From: Myxococcota bacterium
GTDB taxonomy: Bacteria; Myxococcota_A; UBA796; CAJQPC01
Direction of reading: 5' to 3'
Assembly (NCBI GenBank): GCA_036012755.1
Contig: DASCPX010000027.1
Location: forward strand, 160,001 to 224,000
Length of the DNA: 64,000 nucleotides
In this document: in pieces, positions 10,195 to 20,598 of the stretch
Layout: each line of letters opens with the position of its first letter
How positions within the stretch are numbered: the first letter of the stretch is position 1
The notes under the pieces: model-generated
What the model saw: the letters and a program-made list of their open reading frames with translations, nothing else
Database searches by the model: none
What the model was told of the DNA's origin: nothing
Made by a program: the position numbers and the translations under genes

Positions 10195-13100
10195 TCAGCC
10201 CTCTTCGAGCTGTTGGAGCACCCGCCGGAGACGCCGGACGCGGGCGCCCTGCTCCAGGCCGAGCCACTGCTCGAGCGCGATGCCGTAGGCCTTGCGGGCC
10301 CGCGCCAGCTGCCCGCAGCGGCGCGCCTCGTCGCCTGCCAGCTCGGCGGGCCAGGCGTTGTCGTAGTCGAGGTCTCCCCAGGACTCGAAGTCCGCGATCG
10401 CCTGGTCGATCGCGCGATCGAAGGCGGACCAGCGTCCGCTGTGGGCCTCCGCCGCGGCGAGGACGACGTGGAGAACGCCGAAGAGGCCGCGCACACCCCT
10501 GGCCCTGGCGTAGCCGAGCACCAGGACCGTGCGCTTGCGGGCCTCGTCGGTGTGTCCGCGCTGGAGGGCCAACAGCGCCAGGTTGGTCTGCGGGTACACC
10601 TTCGCGTACGAACCGCAGGCCTCGTACACGGCCTCGGACCGGAGATAGAGCCCCTCGGCCTTGGAGAAGTCCTCTGCGTGACGCGCGAAGACGCCGAGGT
10701 CGTTGAGGCTGTTGGCGACGCCGAGGCGGGCACCGATGCGCTCGTAGACAGCCAGCGCTCGTCGAATCCAGGTAGCGGCGCCGTCGAAGTCTCCGGAGTG
10801 GCGCAGCAGTATCCCCAGCCCACGGTGGGCCCCCGCGACGCCCTTCTCGTCGCCGAGCTCGGAGTAGAGCTGCTCGGCCAGCAGGTAGTACTCCCTGGCG
10901 CTCTCCGTTTCGTGGAGTATGCGACAGACATCCCCCAAGCCGAGGATGCAGTGGGCCTCGCCCAGCAGGTCCTCGACGAAGCGCCGATACAAGGCGAGGG
11001 CTTCCAGGTAGCCCTGCCGCGCGTCCTCCAGCAGCCCTCGCTGGCGGTTTGCCTCCGCGACACCCCGGATGGCTTCGGCAAGGACCCCGATCTGGCCGTT
11101 TTGGCGGGCGATGGGCAAGACGCGAGAGATCCGCTCGTCGAAGTCCGCCCACTTTCCTTGCAGGCGGTCCACCGCCGCGCGGACGACGAGGCCCTCTGCG
11201 ACTCTCGGATCCCGCTCGGTCAGGCCCAGGGTGCGCTGGGCAGCGAGGCGGCGGTCGAGCAGGTCTCGGGCCTCGGAGAAGCAGCCGGCGTCACGCAGCC
11301 GCTCGGCGGCGACCGCGAGCGGCTCCAGGGCTGCGTCGTGGTCTCCAGCGGCCAGGTAGTGCCTGGCTATGCGCTCGACCGCTTCCCCCTTGGCCCCGTA
11401 GCGCTCGGTGAGCATCGCAGCACAGCGACGGTGGTGGCGATCGAGCCGACCTTCCTCGTCGGCGGTGCGCTGGAGGGCCTCGCGCAGCATGCCGTGCACG
11501 AAGGCGAAGCCCTCATCTCCTCGAACGAGGAGCCGTACGCGGGCCAGGGCCTCGAGGACGTCCGGGCGGTCATCGTGCCCGCACAGGACTGCCCACTCGT
11601 CGGCATCGACCTGGTGTCCCAACGCGGCGGCCAGCTCCAGCAGCCGGCGGTCCTCTGGCCCCCGCTCGGAGAGCGCCGCGTCGAGGCGAGCCGACCAGAC
11701 CTCGTAGAGATCGTCCGGAATGGTCGCTCGCTCGCCGCTGCGAAGGCGCCACCCCTGCTCCGAGAGCTCCAGGACCCCACGATGGACGAGGTCGCCGACG
11801 AGCTGCACTGCGAACAGCGGAGAGCCGGCGGTGCGCTCCTCGACTTCGTCTGCAAGCTCGCCGGAGAGCCCGAGGAGACCCCGCACGAGCTCACGATGCT
11901 CCGCGTCCGCGAGCTTCCGGAGGCTCAGCACGCGAGTCTGCTCGGAGAGCTCCAACTGCTCGAGGAGCGAGGCAGCCTCTGGCCGCTCGAGGATCGCCTC
12001 GTCCCGGATCGTCAGGATCAGCATCAGCGGCATCTCGAGGCCGCGCGACATCAGCCAGCGAGCGAGCGAGAGGGCATCCGGTCCCCACTGGACGTCGTCG
12101 AGGTGCACGATGACCGGGCGCGGGCCGCCCTCGTCGACGAGATCGGCAGCTGCTCGCTGCAGCACTCGCTGGACGAGCACGTAGCGCTCGGTGGTCGAGC
12201 CGAGGCGCAGGCGAGCGTGGGAGGGTCGGAGCAGCGCGACGAGGCCGTCCACCTCGGAGCTGGGATCGCCGAGTCCCCTGCCCCTGAGCGCTACCTCGAG
12301 GTGCGCTTCGAGGTCGTCGCCCGAGAGGCCCACGGCGTGGAGGTGGCGCGCCAGCATCCGCGCGATGCCGAAGCGGGGCCCACCGACGGGGTCGTGGTCG
12401 GCCCGGAGCACTGTTGCGTTTCCGAGCTCGTTGGCGCGCTCGCTGATCCATGCGGCGAGTCGGCTCTTGCCGATGCCGCTGGGACCTCGCAGGATCAATG
12501 CCCTCGGGCTCCTTGCAGACCGGCACTCCTCCAGCAGCCTCCAGGCCATGTCGCGCTCGGCCTCTCTACCGACGAAAGGAACTGTCCGCAGGCCGTAGAG
12601 ACCGAGCCCCGCGCCGAAGACGGGATCGCCACGCTGGCCTGGACGGCGCCAGTCCTGGGGCAAGGGCGGGACCCTGCGCGGTGCCAGCGGCTGGTCCAGG
12701 GAGGTGGGCTCGTCGAGCTCGGGCGGCGGCCGATCCCAGTCGATCTCGACCCATGTCAGCGCCTGCGGCCTGGGAGCTCGAACCGGGACGGCAGGAGGAG
12801 GTCCGTCGGGGGGCTCCGGCAGATCCGCGAGCTCCCAGGCGGCGTCGGCAGCCCGCTGGTAGCGGTCCCAGCTGCGCTTCTGGAGGAGGCGTCGAAGCCA
12901 GGACTCCAGCCCCTCGGGCACGGAAATGGCTGGCTCGAGACGGGGTGGATCCTGGAGCAGGTGGGCCTGCATCAGGGCCTGCACGCCCTCCTTCTCGAAG
13001 GGCGGCCGATACGTGACCAGCTCCCAGGCGAGCACGCCGACCGCGTAGAGGTCGGTCCACGGCCCGAACTCGCGCCAGGCTCCGCGGAACTGCTCCGGAG

Positions 13101-13653
13101 CCATGCCCACCGGCGTCCCTACCAGCCCCCCGCTGCCCTCGGCCCGTCCGAGCGCGTGAGCCAGCCCGAAGTCCGAGAGCTTCAGCGCGGCTCCGGTGGT
13201 GGCCTCTGTCAGGAGCACGTTCTCAGCCTTGATGTCGCGGTGAACCACGCCGCGCGCATGTGCATGGGCCAGCGCGTCCAAGAGCGCGAGCAGGAGCCGA
13301 CGGCAGCCGCGCCAGTCGAGCTGTCTCGCCACGCCGCTGAGCGAGCCGTGGGTGGCGTACTCCATGACGAGGTAGGGGCTTCCGAGGGCCAGCTGGCCCC
13401 TGGAATCCTCTGCCGTCACCGCGTCGATCTCGCCGTGGTCGAAGACGCTGATGATCGAGGGGTGCTCCAGGCCCGCCACCGCGCGGATCTCCTGCCTGAA
13501 GGCGTCCAGGGCGCTGGCGTTTCGCGCGGCCTCGGTCGTGACGACCTTCACGGCGACCGGGAGGCCCTCTTCCGTGTGGCGTCCCTTCCACACCTCGCCC
13601 ATGCCACCGCGCCCGATGACGCCTTCGAGGTGGAACGGACCGAGGTGCAGCAC
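10195..13653 (-). CDS. Ser/Thr protein kinase - STAND/AAA ATPase - TPR fusion
   Basis: GRGGMGEVW, VAVK, HRDIKAEN, DFG; Walker A GPSGIGKS, Walker B HLDDVQW, GSPLF; C-terminal TPRs. Confidence 0.9.
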   Translation of the reverse strand: MLHLGPFHLEGVIGRGGMGEVWKGRHTEEGLPVAVKVVTTEAARNASALDAFRQEIRAVAGLEHPSIISVFDHGEIDAVTAEDSRGQLALGSPYLVMEYATHGSLSGVARQLDWRGCRRLLLALLDALAHAHARGVVHRDIKAENVLLTEATTGAALKLSDFGLAHALGRAEGSGGLVGTPVGMAPEQFRGAWREFGPWTDLYAVGVLAWELVTYRPPFEKEGVQALMQAHLLQDPPRLEPAISVPEGLESWLRRLLQKRSWDRYQRAADAAWELADLPEPPDGPPPAVPVRAPRPQALTWVEIDWDRPPPELDEPTSLDQPLAPRRVPPLPQDWRRPGQRGDPVFGAGLGLYGLRTVPFVGREAERDMAWRLLEECRSARSPRALILRGPSGIGKSRLAAWISERANELGNATVLRADHDPVGGPRFGIARMLARHLHAVGLSGDDLEAHLEVALRGRGLGDPSSEVDGLVALLRPSHARLRLGSTTERYVLVQRVLQRAAADLVDEGGPRPVIVHLDDVQWGPDALSLARWLMSRGLEMPLMLILTIRDEAILERPEAASLLEQLELSEQTRVLSLRKLADAEHRELVRGLLGLSGELADEVEERTAGSPLFAVQLVGDLVHRGVLELSEQGWRLRSGERATIPDDLYEVWSARLDAALSERGPEDRRLLELAAALGHQVDADEWAVLCGHDDRPDVLEALARVRLLVRGDEGFAFVHGMLREALQRTADEEGRLDRHHRRCAAMLTERYGAKGEAVERIARHYLAAGDHDAALEPLAVAAERLRDAGCFSEARDLLDRRLAAQRTLGLTERDPRVAEGLVVRAAVDRLQGKWADFDERISRVLPIARQNGQIGVLAEAIRGVAEANRQRGLLEDARQGYLEALALYRRFVEDLLGEAHCILGLGDVCRILHETESAREYYLLAEQLYSELGDEKGVAGAHRGLGILLRHSGDFDGAATWIRRALAVYERIGARLGVANSLNDLGVFARHAEDFSKAEGLYLRSEAVYEACGSYAKVYPQTNLALLALQRGHTDEARKRTVLVLGYARARGVRGLFGVLHVVLAAAEAHSGRWSAFDRAIDQAIADFESWGDLDYDNAWPAELAGDEARRCGQLARARKAYGIALEQWLGLEQGARVRRLRRVLQQLEEG

Positions 13654-13702
13654 GAAGCGATGCTACCGGTCGGGGGCCAAGGGGATTAAACAGGTCCGGC
13701 CC

Positions 13703-13786
<84 letters not shown>

Positions 13787-13841
13787 GTTCTCGCCGTCGC
13801 GAGCGCCGACGACGTCGGGGCAGCGACGGCCGGGAGATCTC

Positions 13842-14330
13842 GTGAAGGACCTGAAGCACCAGCTCGCGGAGGCTCTCGGGGTCGAGCCGCCCTCGGAGGA
13901 GAGGCCGGTCCTGAGCGACCCGGCGCCCCGGGAACCACTGGCGGAGGACGCCCACCTCGACTCGGCCTGGCACCAGCGGCTCGTCGAGCTGGCCCGTGGG
14001 TTCTCCATCCAGCTGGCCGCGCGACCGAAGCTCGGTCAGGCGCGGCAAGCCAGCGACCAGCTGGTCAAGCTGCTGAAGAAGGCCGGACGGGGGCGCGACG
14101 CCAAAGAGCTCGCCAAGCTGCGCGACGCCTTCATGGCGAGGCGCGACAAGGCTGCCTGGGCAGCCGTGAAGGAGCGCTTCGCCGCGCTCGAGCTGAGCGA
14201 CAAGGCCTTCCGCTCGGTCAAGCAGTCCAAGGCGGATCCGACGCGCGTGCTAGGACTCATCGACAACAGCGGTGAGAGCCTGCGTGGGGCTTCGGCGAAG
14301 AAGGCCCGTGCGCTGCTCACGCGGAGCTGA
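13842..14330 (+). CDS. Hypothetical basic helical protein
   Basis: GGGAG SD before GTG; typical codon bias. Confidence 0.65.
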   Translation: MKDLKHQLAEALGVEPPSEERPVLSDPAPREPLAEDAHLDSAWHQRLVELARGFSIQLAARPKLGQARQASDQLVKLLKKAGRGRDAKELAKLRDAFMARRDKAAWAAVKERFAALELSDKAFRSVKQSKADPTRVLGLIDNSGESLRGASAKKARALLTRS

Positions 14331-14345
14331 CCCGCACGGGGCGGC

Positions 14346-14768
14346 TCAGGGACAAGGGCTGCCGGTGAGCAGGAGCCCCGGGCACTCCGTCGCCGTCCGG
14401 TAGGTCTCCACGGCGCCGATGTCCGCTGTCGCCGCGTAGGTGATCGTGGCGTCGGTGGTGCTGTTCTGCACCGTGGCGCCACCCTCGACGTAGAGCATCG
14501 CGCTCGAGGCGTAGTTCCTGAGCAGCGCGCCGGTCGCGACGTAGATGGTCGCCTCCGGCCCGTTGTTGGTGAGGTCGGCCCCCGGACACGCGATCACGGC
14601 GGCCTGGTAGTCGTTGTTGAACTCGATGCCCGTGACCACCCGGGCGTCCGAGGGCACGGCGATCTCGCAGATCGCGACGCTCGTGTCCTGGCTGTCGATC
14701 GTCGTGACGTCGGTGTCGGAGCTCCACGGCTCCTTGTCTCCGCAGGCCAGCAACACCAGCGCTACCAC
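14346..14768 (-). CDS. Putative lipoprotein
   Basis: GTG overlapping the upstream stop; MVALVLLA-CGDK. Confidence 0.6.
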   Translation of the reverse strand: MVALVLLACGDKEPWSSDTDVTTIDSQDTSVAICEIAVPSDARVVTGIEFNNDYQAAVIACPGADLTNNGPEATIYVATGALLRNYASSAMLYVEGGATVQNSTTDATITYAATADIGAVETYRTATECPGLLLTGSPCP

Positions 14769-15544
14769 CGAGCCACCATCGCCCAGCGGCCCACGGAGAG
14801 CTTCACCTTGTTCTCGTCCTTCAAGCCGCGCAGGACGCGAAGGACCTCGCTCGGAGACACGTCGTCCCAAGGCGCCTGGCGCTGACAGCCGGCGACCAGC
14901 ACCGCCTGCTTCAGGCCGCTGGAGCCGTAGCTCGAGAGGCGCTGGATGACCTGCTGCCGGAGCCACACGGCCCGCTCCGGGTCCCTCGCGGACTTCGTCG
15001 GCAGCTTCGGACGGCTGGCGCGCGGGGTCCCGTCCTGGGTCGGGGCGCTGCCGCGACGCTTGCGCTTGCGTTCGTCCGGGTGCTTGTGCGAGTCCGGCAC
15101 GTCGAACTGGTGGACCTTCACGGTCTGGCTCTTGGTCGCGGGGTCGACGAGCTCCGGCTCGGCGCTGTCGAAGCAGTCGAGCACGGTCACCATCGCCGGG
15201 GCGCTGCGAATGTGCTTGAGCGCGCCCTCCGAGCGCTCGATCACGGCCTCGCGGAAGCAGGCCGGGATCTTCTCCGCAGGGACCTGGGCGAGCTCGGTGA
15301 GGAAATCCGCGAGGACCGCGCCCTCCGGCAGATCGTTGAACTCACGCACCATCTGGGCCTGGAAGCCCTGGAGGTCCCGTCGCATCTGACCGGGAAGCGA
15401 CTCGAGCTCCGAGAGCGCCAGCAGGTCGCAGAGGCAGTGGGGGTCGAGGGCGTTGAGCGGCTTTCGTACGAGGTCCTGCGTCAGGACCGACAGGGTCGTG
15501 ACATCTGAGGTTCGCAGCCCTGTGATGTTCGTGCGCTTGATCAT
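14762..15544 (-). CDS. Hypothetical protein, possible C-terminal winged helix
   Basis: GAGG SD; basic linker then helix-helix-helix-beta hairpin ending KVKLSVGRW. Confidence 0.6.
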   Translation of the reverse strand: MIKRTNITGLRTSDVTTLSVLTQDLVRKPLNALDPHCLCDLLALSELESLPGQMRRDLQGFQAQMVREFNDLPEGAVLADFLTELAQVPAEKIPACFREAVIERSEGALKHIRSAPAMVTVLDCFDSAEPELVDPATKSQTVKVHQFDVPDSHKHPDERKRKRRGSAPTQDGTPRASRPKLPTKSARDPERAVWLRQQVIQRLSSYGSSGLKQAVLVAGCQRQAPWDDVSPSEVLRVLRGLKDENKVKLSVGRWAMVARW

Positions 15545-15594
15545 CCTGTCCTCTCGAAGCATGTGGTCAGTACCCACCCTCTCGCGGAGCGTCC

Positions 15595-16188
15595 ATGCGA
15601 ATCACCAAGGTCTACACACGCGGCGGCGACAAGGGACTCACGAGTCTGGTCGGCGGAACGCGCGTTCCCAAGAACCACCCTCGCCTCGAAGCCTACGGCA
15701 CAATCGATGAACTCAACACCGTCGTCGGACTCGCGCGGACCTTCAACCGGGGCAGCGAGGCCCCAGAGACCCGCGCGCGCCTCGACGCGATCCTGCGCCG
15801 CGTCCAGAACGAGCTCTTCAGCCTGGGCAGCGACCTCGCGACGCCTCCCGAGCACCGGAGAGAAGGAATGATCCGCGTGGGGGACGAGGAGATCGATCGC
15901 CTGGAGCGGGAGATCGACGAGCTGAACGAGGAGCTCGGGCCGCTCACAGAGTTCATCCTGCCAGGGGGCGGCCCGGTCGGGGCTTTCCTGCACCAGGCCC
16001 GCACCGTCTGCCGTCGCGCCGAGCGCCAGGTGCTCACCCTGGCCGAGAGCGAGGGCGCGGACCTCGACGCAGGATCGCTTCGCTACGTGAACCGACTGTC
16101 GGATCACCTCTTCGTGCTCGGGCGCTGGGCCGCCCGGTCCCTGGGCGAGGAAGAGCACCTCTGGGATCGCCCGGGATCCCGGCGCTAG
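15595..16188 (+). CDS. pduO: PduO-type cob(I)alamin adenosyltransferase
   Basis: KVYTRGGDKGLT, EAYGTIDELN, FILPGG, ARTVCRRAER, NRLSDHLF. Confidence 0.93.
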   Translation: MRITKVYTRGGDKGLTSLVGGTRVPKNHPRLEAYGTIDELNTVVGLARTFNRGSEAPETRARLDAILRRVQNELFSLGSDLATPPEHRREGMIRVGDEEIDRLEREIDELNEELGPLTEFILPGGGPVGAFLHQARTVCRRAERQVLTLAESEGADLDAGSLRYVNRLSDHLFVLGRWAARSLGEEEHLWDRPGSRR

Positions 16189-16190
16189 CG

Positions 16191-19160
16191 CTACTCCTCG
16201 TCCGTCGGGTCGACGGGTGTGTTCAGCATGAAGTCCGGGATGCCCGGCGGCGTCCAGCCGTCTCCGTCGATGTCCACGAAGATCGGGTTCGTGATGGCGA
16301 AGGGCGTCACCGGGTAGACCGTCGGATGCTCCGGGGTCTCGGACAAGAGAGCGCCCACGGCATCGACGCTGGAGAGCGCCTCGGTCACGACGTCCTGGAG
16401 CTGCACCGGCGCGTAGTCCACCGGGGTGAACAGCGGCTCCATGCTCTCTGAGCCTGTCACGATGAGCACGTACCAGCTGTCTTGCTCGGGCAGGTCGACG
16501 TAGGTGTCGACCATTCGCACGACACCCTCGTCGAGCTCGGTCCACTCCTGGACGAGCTCGCCGTTTCGGTAGAGTTCCACGCGGTCGACGCTCATCCAGC
16601 TCGGCGCCTGGATCTCGATGTCGATCTCGACGTCACCCTCGACCACGACCTCGTCGCCGACGATGGCGTCCCCGACGCCGAAGCGCACGAAGGGGCCGTA
16701 GCTGGTGACGACGTGGCCGCTGCGGATGTTCTCGCTGATCTCGATGGGGTCGACCCAGCCCGGGTCGTCGGCGGAGCTCAGGACGTAGTTGCGCGGGCAT
16801 CCGGACTCGGTCGAGGTCGTCCCGTGGGTGTCGGAGTTCCCGACCGCCGTGAAGCGATAGCCGAGGTTGAGCAGGCTGAACCAGTCGTCGACCTGGCCGT
16901 GGAGGCCGTAGCCCAGCGTGTAGGTGCCCTCGTCGAGATGCTGCTGCTCCTCGAGGGTGCGCGCGAGGATCTCGAGGTGGCTGACGTCCTCGCCCGCGGC
17001 GATGCGATCGAGCTCGTCCTGGGTGGGGGTGCGGATGAAGTCGTAGCGCTTGCCGTTGAGGAGCTCGATGGCGTCGAAGTCCATGCTGAAGTTGCTCGAC
17101 GCCAGGAGCAGGTTCGTGAGCGCCAGCAGCGATGTCTCGACGAGCGGATCGTCGATGTCGCCGCCGTAGGGCGAGTAGCCGTACTGGTCGAAGTAGCCGA
17201 GGATGCCGTCCCGAGGGTGAGCGACGACCGTGACGGGGTCGATGTCCTCGACGCCGAGCTCGCGCAGATCGTCGAGCATCTCGTCCGGGGTCGCGTCGGT
17301 CCAGTCGAAGGCTCCGCCGGCGAGGGCGAGGTGGTCGTGGCCGATCGGGAATCCGAGGTAGTGGCCGGCCTCGACGGTCGTGACCTCCACTCCGGGGACC
17401 GAGGAGATCCACGGAGTCATGCCCAGGTCCTCGATGACGGGCCGGAAGTCGCTGACGAAGTCGTGATCGCTGGTGACGAGGAACTCGACGTGCTCCGAGG
17501 CCATGGTGGCCACCCGGCCCTCTGGCGAGACCCCCGAGTCGTGGGAGGGGTTGCTGTGCACGTGCAGATCAGCGCTGATCCAGCCCGTCGTGGCGACGCT
17601 GCGCAGGACCTGGAGCTCGAGGTCCACCGGTCGCGTCGCGCTCACCGAGATGCGCTGCTGGTCGATCTCGTACTCGGGACCGCGCGTGGCGTAGACGACG
17701 TAGTCGCCAGGGGGAAGGGACAGGGAGGTCGCGCCGAAGGGGTTGAAGACCACCGCCTCGGGCATGCCGCCGATGTACGAGTCGCCCAACACGGGGTCGC
17801 GCACGAGGGGCTCGCCGTCGTCGCGGTGGACCGTGATCTTGCTGGGCACGAGCAGCCCGTCCTCGTCGACCACGCTGACGTCGAGGTGCCCGGCGCGGGG
17901 AGCGACCAGGGTCAGACCCTCGACGCTGCGGCCCTCTACGACATCGACCGGGACGCGGGGCCCCGTGCCGGCGCCCCCATCGTGTACGACCAGATCGTAG
18001 GCACCTGGCGGCAGGGTGCCGCCGAAGCTCCCATCCGGGTGGTGATCCTCCCACCCCACGTCGCTCTCCCACTGAGAGAACGGAGCGTCCTCGCCTCGCA
18101 CGTAGACGAGCACATCGACGCCGCTGAGGGACTCGAGGCTTCCCTCTTCCACGACGAAGCCCTCGACCCGACCGCGCGGGGTGCCCCGAGCCTCGAGGAT
18201 CCCGTCGAGCACGCTGCCGACGTCGCCTTTGCCGACGAAGAACATGCGCTCGTAGGTGAACGCGCTGCCCGCCGGGAAGCGTTCCTCCGGGGGCAGCGTG
18301 CCCTCCAGTCCGGCGCCGAAGGTGGCTGTCTGACTGGACGTGAACAGCGGCACGTAGACAGGGCCATCCGCCATCGCCAGGCCGTAGCTGATGCCGTCTG
18401 CGGTGCCTGCGACGAAGTCGAGCTCGAAGGGCTCGAGGAAGGTGTTCTGACCATTGGCGGCGGCGTCCTGGACCGCGCCGTTCTCGTCGAAGCCGATGGT
18501 GGGGGCGAAGACGTTCATGTCGCCGCCCTGGAGGTAGAAGTCACCGAAGGAGAGCCCGGTCTCGATCGCGTACTCCAACAGCGGCAGATCAGGGGTGGCC
18601 CCGAGCTCCACGGCGTCGTCCGGGTACTGGTCCCACTCGGCGAAGTACGCCGTGGTCCGGATGGTCACCCAGGGCTGGCCTGGCTCCACGATGTAGTCGG
18701 TGGCGATGCTGAAGTCCGGAGCCTCGATGATGGCCCAGAGCCCCTTCAGGAGCTTCAGGAAGGGCTCCTGCGGCGCCATCACGCGGACGACCGCGGCGCC
18801 TCCGTCCGAGCCGTCGCTCAGGATCTCGACGGTCCCCTCTCCCTCCATCGCGTACATGACGTTCATGTTGACGGTCGGGAAGAGCTCCGCGAGGCGGTCG
18901 TTGCCGAAGCCCGAGCCCGTCCCTCCAGATGCGCGGTTCAGGTCCGCGTCGATGAGGCTTCCCCCGAAGAGCGATGGCCCCATGGATGCACCGGTCTGCG
19001 TGATCGCGACCCGGATGCGGTCGTTCTCGAGCAGGATGTCCCCCGGCCTGGCGAGCGCCTTTGGCCCACCGATGGTGTCCGAGAGGTCCTCGATCAGCGT
19101 TGCCGATGCGTAGGGCTGAGGGGGTGTTTCACAGGACAGCAGGAGGGCGAGAGGCGTCAT
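16191..19160 (-). CDS. CehA/McbA-family PHP metallohydrolase, putative lipoprotein
   Basis: MTPLALLLS-C; ADLHVHS..SHDS, TSDHD, GVEVT, AHPR, GNSDTH, TNPIFVD. Confidence 0.8.
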   Translation of the reverse strand: MTPLALLLSCETPPQPYASATLIEDLSDTIGGPKALARPGDILLENDRIRVAITQTGASMGPSLFGGSLIDADLNRASGGTGSGFGNDRLAELFPTVNMNVMYAMEGEGTVEILSDGSDGGAAVVRVMAPQEPFLKLLKGLWAIIEAPDFSIATDYIVEPGQPWVTIRTTAYFAEWDQYPDDAVELGATPDLPLLEYAIETGLSFGDFYLQGGDMNVFAPTIGFDENGAVQDAAANGQNTFLEPFELDFVAGTADGISYGLAMADGPVYVPLFTSSQTATFGAGLEGTLPPEERFPAGSAFTYERMFFVGKGDVGSVLDGILEARGTPRGRVEGFVVEEGSLESLSGVDVLVYVRGEDAPFSQWESDVGWEDHHPDGSFGGTLPPGAYDLVVHDGGAGTGPRVPVDVVEGRSVEGLTLVAPRAGHLDVSVVDEDGLLVPSKITVHRDDGEPLVRDPVLGDSYIGGMPEAVVFNPFGATSLSLPPGDYVVYATRGPEYEIDQQRISVSATRPVDLELQVLRSVATTGWISADLHVHSNPSHDSGVSPEGRVATMASEHVEFLVTSDHDFVSDFRPVIEDLGMTPWISSVPGVEVTTVEAGHYLGFPIGHDHLALAGGAFDWTDATPDEMLDDLRELGVEDIDPVTVVAHPRDGILGYFDQYGYSPYGGDIDDPLVETSLLALTNLLLASSNFSMDFDAIELLNGKRYDFIRTPTQDELDRIAAGEDVSHLEILARTLEEQQHLDEGTYTLGYGLHGQVDDWFSLLNLGYRFTAVGNSDTHGTTSTESGCPRNYVLSSADDPGWVDPIEISENIRSGHVVTSYGPFVRFGVGDAIVGDEVVVEGDVEIDIEIQAPSWMSVDRVELYRNGELVQEWTELDEGVVRMVDTYVDLPEQDSWYVLIVTGSESMEPLFTPVDYAPVQLQDVVTEALSSVDAVGALLSETPEHPTVYPVTPFAITNPIFVDIDGDGWTPPGIPDFMLNTPVDPTDEE

Positions 19161-19198
19161 GGCGGCGTCAGGTTATCGGCCCCCCGAGAGGTGGTCCA

Positions 19199-20233
19199 AT
19201 GCTGCTGTTGCTGCTTTCCTCGGCCGACGCCGCCGAGACCCGACCCACGGTGCTCGCCCAGGTCTGGGCCACGGCCTACGACCAGGACGAGACCGCCCAG
19301 AGCGATCCCGCTGGCTACGGGGATCCAGAGGACGACCCGGGCTTCAAGGTGCGCCGCGCACGTGTGGGCATGGACGTGGTGGACGACAGCGGCAAGCTGA
19401 GCGCAGGGGTCACCGTCGGCTACAGCGCCGGCTCGGACGCGATCGTCGCCTACGAGGGCGGCGTCGGGCTCGTCGAGGCCCGCGCCTCGGTCCAGGCTCA
19501 TGAGCTCGTGGGGGTCCACGCCGGGCTCGTCAAGGTGCCCGTTGGCCGCGAGACCCTGACCTCGTCGAGCGCCCTGCCTTTCCAGGAGCGCACCGTCGCG
19601 TCGAATCACCTGATGCCCTACCGCGAGGTCGGTGTCCTGGCGGACTTCGAGACCGCGGGGCTGCGCCTGCGCGCGGGGGCATTCAACGGAAACGGCAGCC
19701 TGCGCGGTGACGACGATGCAGGAGTCCTCGCCGCCGGCCGGGCCGAGTACACCCTGGGCGAGGGCGACCCATACCGGACCTTCGGCTCGGTGGACGGCTT
19801 CACCCTCGGAGTCGGCGGCGACTTCGTCTTCAACCCGGAGCTGGCGACCAGGACGATGGTCTACGGTGGCGACATCGTCGTGCGCGTGAAGGGCCTCACC
19901 GCAGTCGTGGAGTACCACCAGGCGAACATCACGCCGACCAACACAGAGGCCGAGGCCCCGGGCGTCCTGGCGGCGACGAAGAGGAGCGGTGGCCACGCCC
20001 AGGTCGGCTACACCATCGCGGATCGGTGGGAGCCCGTCGCGCGCTTCGAGGTCTTCGACGAGGACGCCTCGGAGTCCAACAACGGCGACCTCGCCCACGG
20101 CACCTTCGGCCTGACGGCACACCTCATGGACGACCACCTTCGGCTCGGCGGCGGCTACGTGATGCGCCGCGAGACCGGTGGCCGCACTGTGCCGAACGAC
20201 ACGGTCCGGCTCTGGTCCCAGGTGGCATTCTGA
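19199..20233 (+). CDS. Outer-membrane porin (OprO/OprP-like)
   Basis: GFKVRRARVG, KVPVGRETLTSS..LPFQERT, GAFNGNG; C-terminal Phe. Confidence 0.7.
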   Translation: MLLLLLSSADAAETRPTVLAQVWATAYDQDETAQSDPAGYGDPEDDPGFKVRRARVGMDVVDDSGKLSAGVTVGYSAGSDAIVAYEGGVGLVEARASVQAHELVGVHAGLVKVPVGRETLTSSSALPFQERTVASNHLMPYREVGVLADFETAGLRLRAGAFNGNGSLRGDDDAGVLAAGRAEYTLGEGDPYRTFGSVDGFTLGVGGDFVFNPELATRTMVYGGDIVVRVKGLTAVVEYHQANITPTNTEAEAPGVLAATKRSGGHAQVGYTIADRWEPVARFEVFDEDASESNNGDLAHGTFGLTAHLMDDHLRLGGGYVMRRETGGRTVPNDTVRLWSQVAF

Positions 20234-20255
20234 GAAAGCCGGGTACAATGCCCAC

Positions 20256-20585
20256 ATGCAAATCGCGGGTCTGCCGGGTGCGAGCGAGCCATCCTTCATG
20301 ACCCGGGACCGCGCGCTGGTGAGCTTCGACACCTTGATCCGATCGACCGTCGAGGAGCTCCTCGAGGCTGGCGTCGACATCTCGCGAGAGGTCACGAAGG
20401 CGACAGTCCAGTGCGCCCGGCAGCTCGTCTGTGCGATGCAGAACCTCGACCGAAGCAGCCTGAGCGAGCTGGTGACACGGGAGCTGCGCCGCTTCCGGAT
20501 CCTGCTCGTGCGACCCGTCGTCGAGGCGATCCTCGCCACCTACGCGGGCATCGTCGCGCGCATGGACATCGACACCGTCTACTGA
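20256..20585 (+). CDS. Hypothetical protein, likely leaderless
   Basis: TACAAT 6 nt before ATG; typical codon bias. Confidence 0.6.
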   Translation: MQIAGLPGASEPSFMTRDRALVSFDTLIRSTVEELLEAGVDISREVTKATVQCARQLVCAMQNLDRSSLSELVTRELRRFRILLVRPVVEAILATYAGIVARMDIDTVY

Positions 20586-20598
20586 CATCTCCATAGGG

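Noticed and set aside
9399..11081. Long N-terminal extensions in the ORF track (purC 560 aa, efp 299 aa, FAH 526 aa, rhomboid 760 aa, pcp 389 aa)
   Set aside because: Artefacts of longest-ORF calling that overlap neighbouring genes; homology begins at the internal starts used above
10213..13689. 1158-aa plus-strand ORF
   Set aside because: Antisense shadow of the kinase gene, expected from high-GC codon bias; no motifs
16482..19400. 972-aa plus-strand ORF (and similar ones at 652..2355, 49838..52087, 61686..63527)
   Set aside because: Shadow ORFs opposite or across well-supported genes, with no recognisable domains
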